NCBI GenBank assembly: GCA_965230975.1
Contig: OZ246402.1
Coordinates: 379,819-443,818, forward strand
Reading direction: 5' to 3'
Length of the DNA: 64,000 nt
Source: an uncultured Candidatus Saccharibacteria bacterium
GTDB lineage: Bacteria; Patescibacteriota; Dojkabacteria; J137
In this document: positions 60,418-64,000 of the stretch, one piece after another
Layout of the letters: every line of letters starts with the position of its first letter
How positions within the stretch are numbered: the stretch's first letter is position 1
Translations under genes and position numbers: made by a program
The notes under the pieces: model-generated
What the model saw: only the letters and a program-made list of their open reading frames with translations
What the model was told of the DNA's origin: nothing
Databases searched by the model: none

Positions 60418-62172
60418 TTGATTAAACGACGTATAGATAAAATTCGAAATCTTTTAAGTAAAGAGCAGACAGAGATATTAGAAACAGCCTTGCTATTAAT
60501 GCTCCCATCTTTGTTAACCAAGCTATCTGGTTTGTTTTTTAACCTTATAGCAGCATCTTATTTTGGAACAAGGCAAGAGGGTTGGAATCAATTCTTAATT
60601 GCAAGTGCTATTCCGGAAATGTTAACAAATATTTTTTTGATTGGAACACTTGGATCTGTTGTTGTCCCAACTTTAATCTCTTGCAAAAAGAAAGAGGGTA
60701 TAGAAGAATTTAAGAAGGTTTATAACTCAGTCGTAAACTTATCAATTTTAATCTTTTCAATTATCGCCTTAATATTAATATTTACAGCAAGGCAATCGTT
60801 CCCATTTATTTTAAGTTTAGTAGAGCCAAATATAGTTATCTCTCCTCAAGATTATAATTCAATTATCAATATGATGAGGGTATTGTTTATACCTCAAGTA
60901 GTATTAGGGGCTAGCATATTTATTTCTAGTGCATTAAATGTTTATAACAGGTATTTGGTACCACAACTCGCGCCACTTTTTTATAATGTGGGAAGGATTT
61001 TAATGTTGTTCATTTTAGTTCCGCTAATGAACTACAGCCCTTGGGCTATAGTAATAGGTGTTTTTGTAGCATCATTCTTGCACCTTTTTGTTCAATTACC
61101 TTTAGTAGCACAGTTAAATTTGAGCTATATACCTGTTATTTCTTTTACAAATAAATATGTTAAAGAAATTTTAGTAGTTGGTTTGCCAAGAATTTTCGCT
61201 ATCGCTTCAGAACACATAGCATTTACTTTTAACAAATTCTTGGCATTTGGAATTACCGGTAATTTAGCGGCATTAACATATGCGAATTCATTATCTTTAG
61301 TTATTCCATCTCTATTTGGCTACACATTTGCTGTGCCAGCATTTACAGTTTTATCAGAATTTTTTGAAGAAAAAAATCATGAAAAAGCACATTCTGTAAT
61401 TATAAAAACTTTAAATGAAATGTTGTTTTTGTCTTTGCCGTTTATTATTAGCTTTTTGGTTTTAAGAGTTCCAATTGTCAGATTAGTATTTGGTATTATT
61501 CCAAAAACTAACTTTGCTTTAGAAGATACTACTTTAACCGCCTGGATCTTACTTTGGTTTACTGTAGGTCATATTTTTGTGTGTGGCAGATGGTTTATGT
61601 ACAGAGTATTTTATGCTGCAAAAGATACTAGAATTCCATTCTTGGTTTCTTTTGTAAGTCTATTCTTAACTATATTCTTATCTATAATATTTTCAAATTT
61701 ATTTAGTCATAATAAAGATTTCGCAATAAGTGCAACAGTAGTGACTTTAGAAAATTTATTGACAAGAGATACCAGTGTTGCGGCACTTGGAGGTATAGCT
61801 TTGGCCATGAGTATTGCTTATAGCATAGAGTTTTTTGCTTTAATGATTTTGTTTAGCAAAACCAAAATTAAAATTAAGTGGAGTGAATTAATTAAAACCA
61901 CTTTGCCTAAGTTTATTGCCGGTGGAGTAATGATTTTAGTAATGTACTTTATGTATAAAATTTGGAATTTTGTTGCATATGCATTACCTGTATCTGCAAC
62001 AGAAGGTTATTTAGGTTCCACTACAATCAACTTGATATTCTTAACGGTAGTAACAATGGTTACTTCCTTTATGGTTTACTACTTAGTTTCTTTGCTTTTA
62101 AGGGTAGAGGAATTAAAAATATTAAGACGATATTTAAACCCAATCTTTAGGATTGGTGGTTTAAGAATTTAA
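60418..62172 (+). CDS. murJ: Lipid II flippase MurJ family
   Basis: Many TM segments; AASYFG, IPEML, APLFYN, GLPR, FYAAKDTRIP and GIALAMS motifs. Confidence 0.9.
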   Translation: MIKRRIDKIRNLLSKEQTEILETALLLMLPSLLTKLSGLFFNLIAASYFGTRQEGWNQFLIASAIPEMLTNIFLIGTLGSVVVPTLISCKKKEGIEEFKKVYNSVVNLSILIFSIIALILIFTARQSFPFILSLVEPNIVISPQDYNSIINMMRVLFIPQVVLGASIFISSALNVYNRYLVPQLAPLFYNVGRILMLFILVPLMNYSPWAIVIGVFVASFLHLFVQLPLVAQLNLSYIPVISFTNKYVKEILVVGLPRIFAIASEHIAFTFNKFLAFGITGNLAALTYANSLSLVIPSLFGYTFAVPAFTVLSEFFEEKNHEKAHSVIIKTLNEMLFLSLPFIISFLVLRVPIVRLVFGIIPKTNFALEDTTLTAWILLWFTVGHIFVCGRWFMYRVFYAAKDTRIPFLVSFVSLFLTIFLSIIFSNLFSHNKDFAISATVVTLENLLTRDTSVAALGGIALAMSIAYSIEFFALMILFSKTKIKIKWSELIKTTLPKFIAGGVMILVMYFMYKIWNFVAYALPVSATEGYLGSTTINLIFLTVVTMVTSFMVYYLVSLLLRVEELKILRRYLNPIFRIGGLRI

Positions 62173-62964
62173 TTTTTCATAAAGTACCTCCCATTGCTCA
62201 GAACTTACTTCCGAAGCTCGAGCTTTCTCTGATAGACCTATACTATTAATTATGCTTAAAATATCTTTGGTTTCCCACTTTCTAGAGCTTTTTAAATTGT
62301 TGTATAAAGTTTTTCTTGGAGATATATAAGATATTTTTAATAATTGTTCTAGTTCTGAAATATTAATGGGCAATTTATTCTTTGGTTCTATAACTAAAAT
62401 ACCTCCATTAACTTGTGGAACCGGAAAAAACTGGGATTTGGGAATAGACTCCATCTTTTTAACGCTTGCGTAAAGGTTTGTTAAGTTTGCTAATAAACTT
62501 GATTTAGGTGGTTTAGATGCGTAATCTATGGCAACTTCTTCTTGAACAATAAAAGCCATTTTTTTTACCTTATATTTTGTTTGTTCAAAATTAAATTTTA
62601 AAATTTTTAAGATTATTTTTTTTGATATGTTGTAAGGTAGGGAGCCGGTAAACTTTACATCTTGTTTAGAATTATATTTATCTAAAACTTGAGTTAAGTC
62701 TAGCTGTAAAAAATCTTCATTAACTAAATTAAAGTTTTCTTTTTCAGAAAACCTTTTTATTAACTTTGGAAGCAACGTATAGTCAACCTCTACAGATATG
62801 GTTTTACAATCTTTTTGAGTTAGTAAATTTGTAACTACCCCTTCTCCTGGGCCAATCTCTATTACAGTATCGGTTTGACTAATTGAAAGATAGCCAACCA
62901 TTTTTTCTGGGAACCGATTGCTTCTTAAAAAATTTTGTCCAAAATGCTTTTTAAATTTATGCAT
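62161..62964 (-). CDS. rsmA: 16S rRNA dimethyladenosine transferase
   Basis: KKHFGQNFL, EIGPGEG, LPYNIS, QEEVA and RKTL motifs. Confidence 0.96.
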   Translation of the reverse strand: MHKFKKHFGQNFLRSNRFPEKMVGYLSISQTDTVIEIGPGEGVVTNLLTQKDCKTISVEVDYTLLPKLIKRFSEKENFNLVNEDFLQLDLTQVLDKYNSKQDVKFTGSLPYNISKKIILKILKFNFEQTKYKVKKMAFIVQEEVAIDYASKPPKSSLLANLTNLYASVKKMESIPKSQFFPVPQVNGGILVIEPKNKLPINISELEQLLKISYISPRKTLYNNLKSSRKWETKDILSIINSIGLSEKARASEVSSEQWEVLYEKLNS

Positions 62965-63036
62965 ATGCTGTTTTATGATATCTTTAGTTTGCGCTTATAA
63001 AAATAATGATCTAATTTTAACAATTATATTGTAATA

Positions 63037-64000
63037 ATGCGATTGGTAATAGCAAGTGTGGTTTTAATATTAATATCTTTATTATTTGGTATAAAAACCA
63101 AAGCAATATCTACAGAATTAGATAGTTCAACTCTAAGTGTTCAAATAGGGTCTCCATCTAGGCTTACATATAACTTTAACTATTCATCTTATACCTCTCA
63201 ACAAGTAATAGAAAAAATCAGTTATAAATTCCCTTTTCAAGATATTTCAAACCTAACGGTAAGATCTAACGGTAAGGATATTAAGTACGAGTATGTAGAT
63301 GATGGCAATCAAAAAGTTTTAACTTTAATATTGAGCGCTGCTGGTAAAGAGTTTCAAATAGATCCCAAAATTGAGTTGTCTTTTACAACAAATATGGTTT
63401 TAAAAAAATATCCAAAAGGAGAGTATTTTTATTTGCCTCCATTTGTAAGTGATTACACCTTTCAAAAAATGGATTTTGATATTGATTTTTCTTATATTAA
63501 ATATTCACCCAAAGAGGTTTTTACAAATAACTATGCTGTTCAAGATACAAAAATTATAGGAAGTACAGATGGAGGTATTCTAGCTTTTTGGGAAGAGATG
63601 CAAAGCTTTAATATAATATTTCCAAATCTTACATCACAAGTTCAAGATCCTTTATTATTAAATTTACCTGTAGAAGATGATTATGAAATATATTACATAC
63701 AAAACCCAATATTTGAATTTGGTTTAGTAGATCAAATGGGAAATAGATATGGCCTAGTAAACGACGGTACAGATTTGACAACAAGTTTTTTTGCCAAAAA
63801 AAGAGATAGTGTTATTAACCCAAACCTAAACTTTAATGAATTTCAGAGTATTCAACTGGATTCTGAAATAGAAAGTATGTCTCAACTTAGTCAAATAGAT
63901 TTGCTTAAATCGTTAAACCTATATGTTATAGATAAACTATCGCCATTGCTTGTAGAAGAAACAGATTTAAATCTTTTAAAAGACTTGAATACAAGAATTG
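63037..64000 (+). CDS. Exported protein, partial (runs off the window)
   Basis: ATG at 63037 reads MRLVIASVVLILISLLFGIKTKA (signal peptide); frame appears open to the window end. Confidence 0.7.
   Translation, partial: MRLVIASVVLILISLLFGIKTKAISTELDSSTLSVQIGSPSRLTYNFNYSSYTSQQVIEKISYKFPFQDISNLTVRSNGKDIKYEYVDDGNQKVLTLILSAAGKEFQIDPKIELSFTTNMVLKKYPKGEYFYLPPFVSDYTFQKMDFDIDFSYIKYSPKEVFTNNYAVQDTKIIGSTDGGILAFWEEMQSFNIIFPNLTSQVQDPLLLNLPVEDDYEIYYIQNPIFEFGLVDQMGNRYGLVNDGTDLTTSFFAKKRDSVINPNLNFNEFQSIQLDSEIESMSQLSQIDLLKSLNLYVIDKLSPLLVEETDLNLLKDLNTRI

Noticed and set aside
1-64000. Alternative genetic code (TGA read as Gly)
   Set aside because: Conserved genes are intact under code 11 and thrS ends at TGA.

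Overview
AT-rich bacterial chromosome segment using the standard genetic code (TGA is a stop). Gene style points to a Patescibacteria/CPR organism, Dojkabacteria-like by inference. Housekeeping genes include the leuS tail, tag, recX, rnpB, rluD, sufB, dus, proS, asnB, thrS, rplU-rpmA, three tRNAs, radC, def, cca, pnp, murJ and rsmA. These are interspersed with many orphan ORFs, a CsoR-CopZ-CopA copper operon, secreted Cys-rich and beta-propeller proteins, and a 1910-aa low-complexity protein beside a PrgI gene. No CRISPR array, prophage or intact transposase was seen. The most notable signals are non-coding. (1) A proline T-box with an ultrashort Stem I coupled to an intrinsic terminator. (2) A Thr-rich leader peptide ahead of thrS with no visible terminator. 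(3) An identically spaced TGTAAG-N5-TGTAAG-N10-TA(A/G)AAT promoter ahead of hicB/recX, a MarR gene and radC. (4) A promoter-bearing ~75-nt three-way-junction RNA with a hammerhead-like core. (5) A dispersed inverted-repeat element family. (6) A duplicated tRNA-Leu 5' end carrying a structured insertion. All calls come from reading the sequence by eye; no database searches or folding programs were run.
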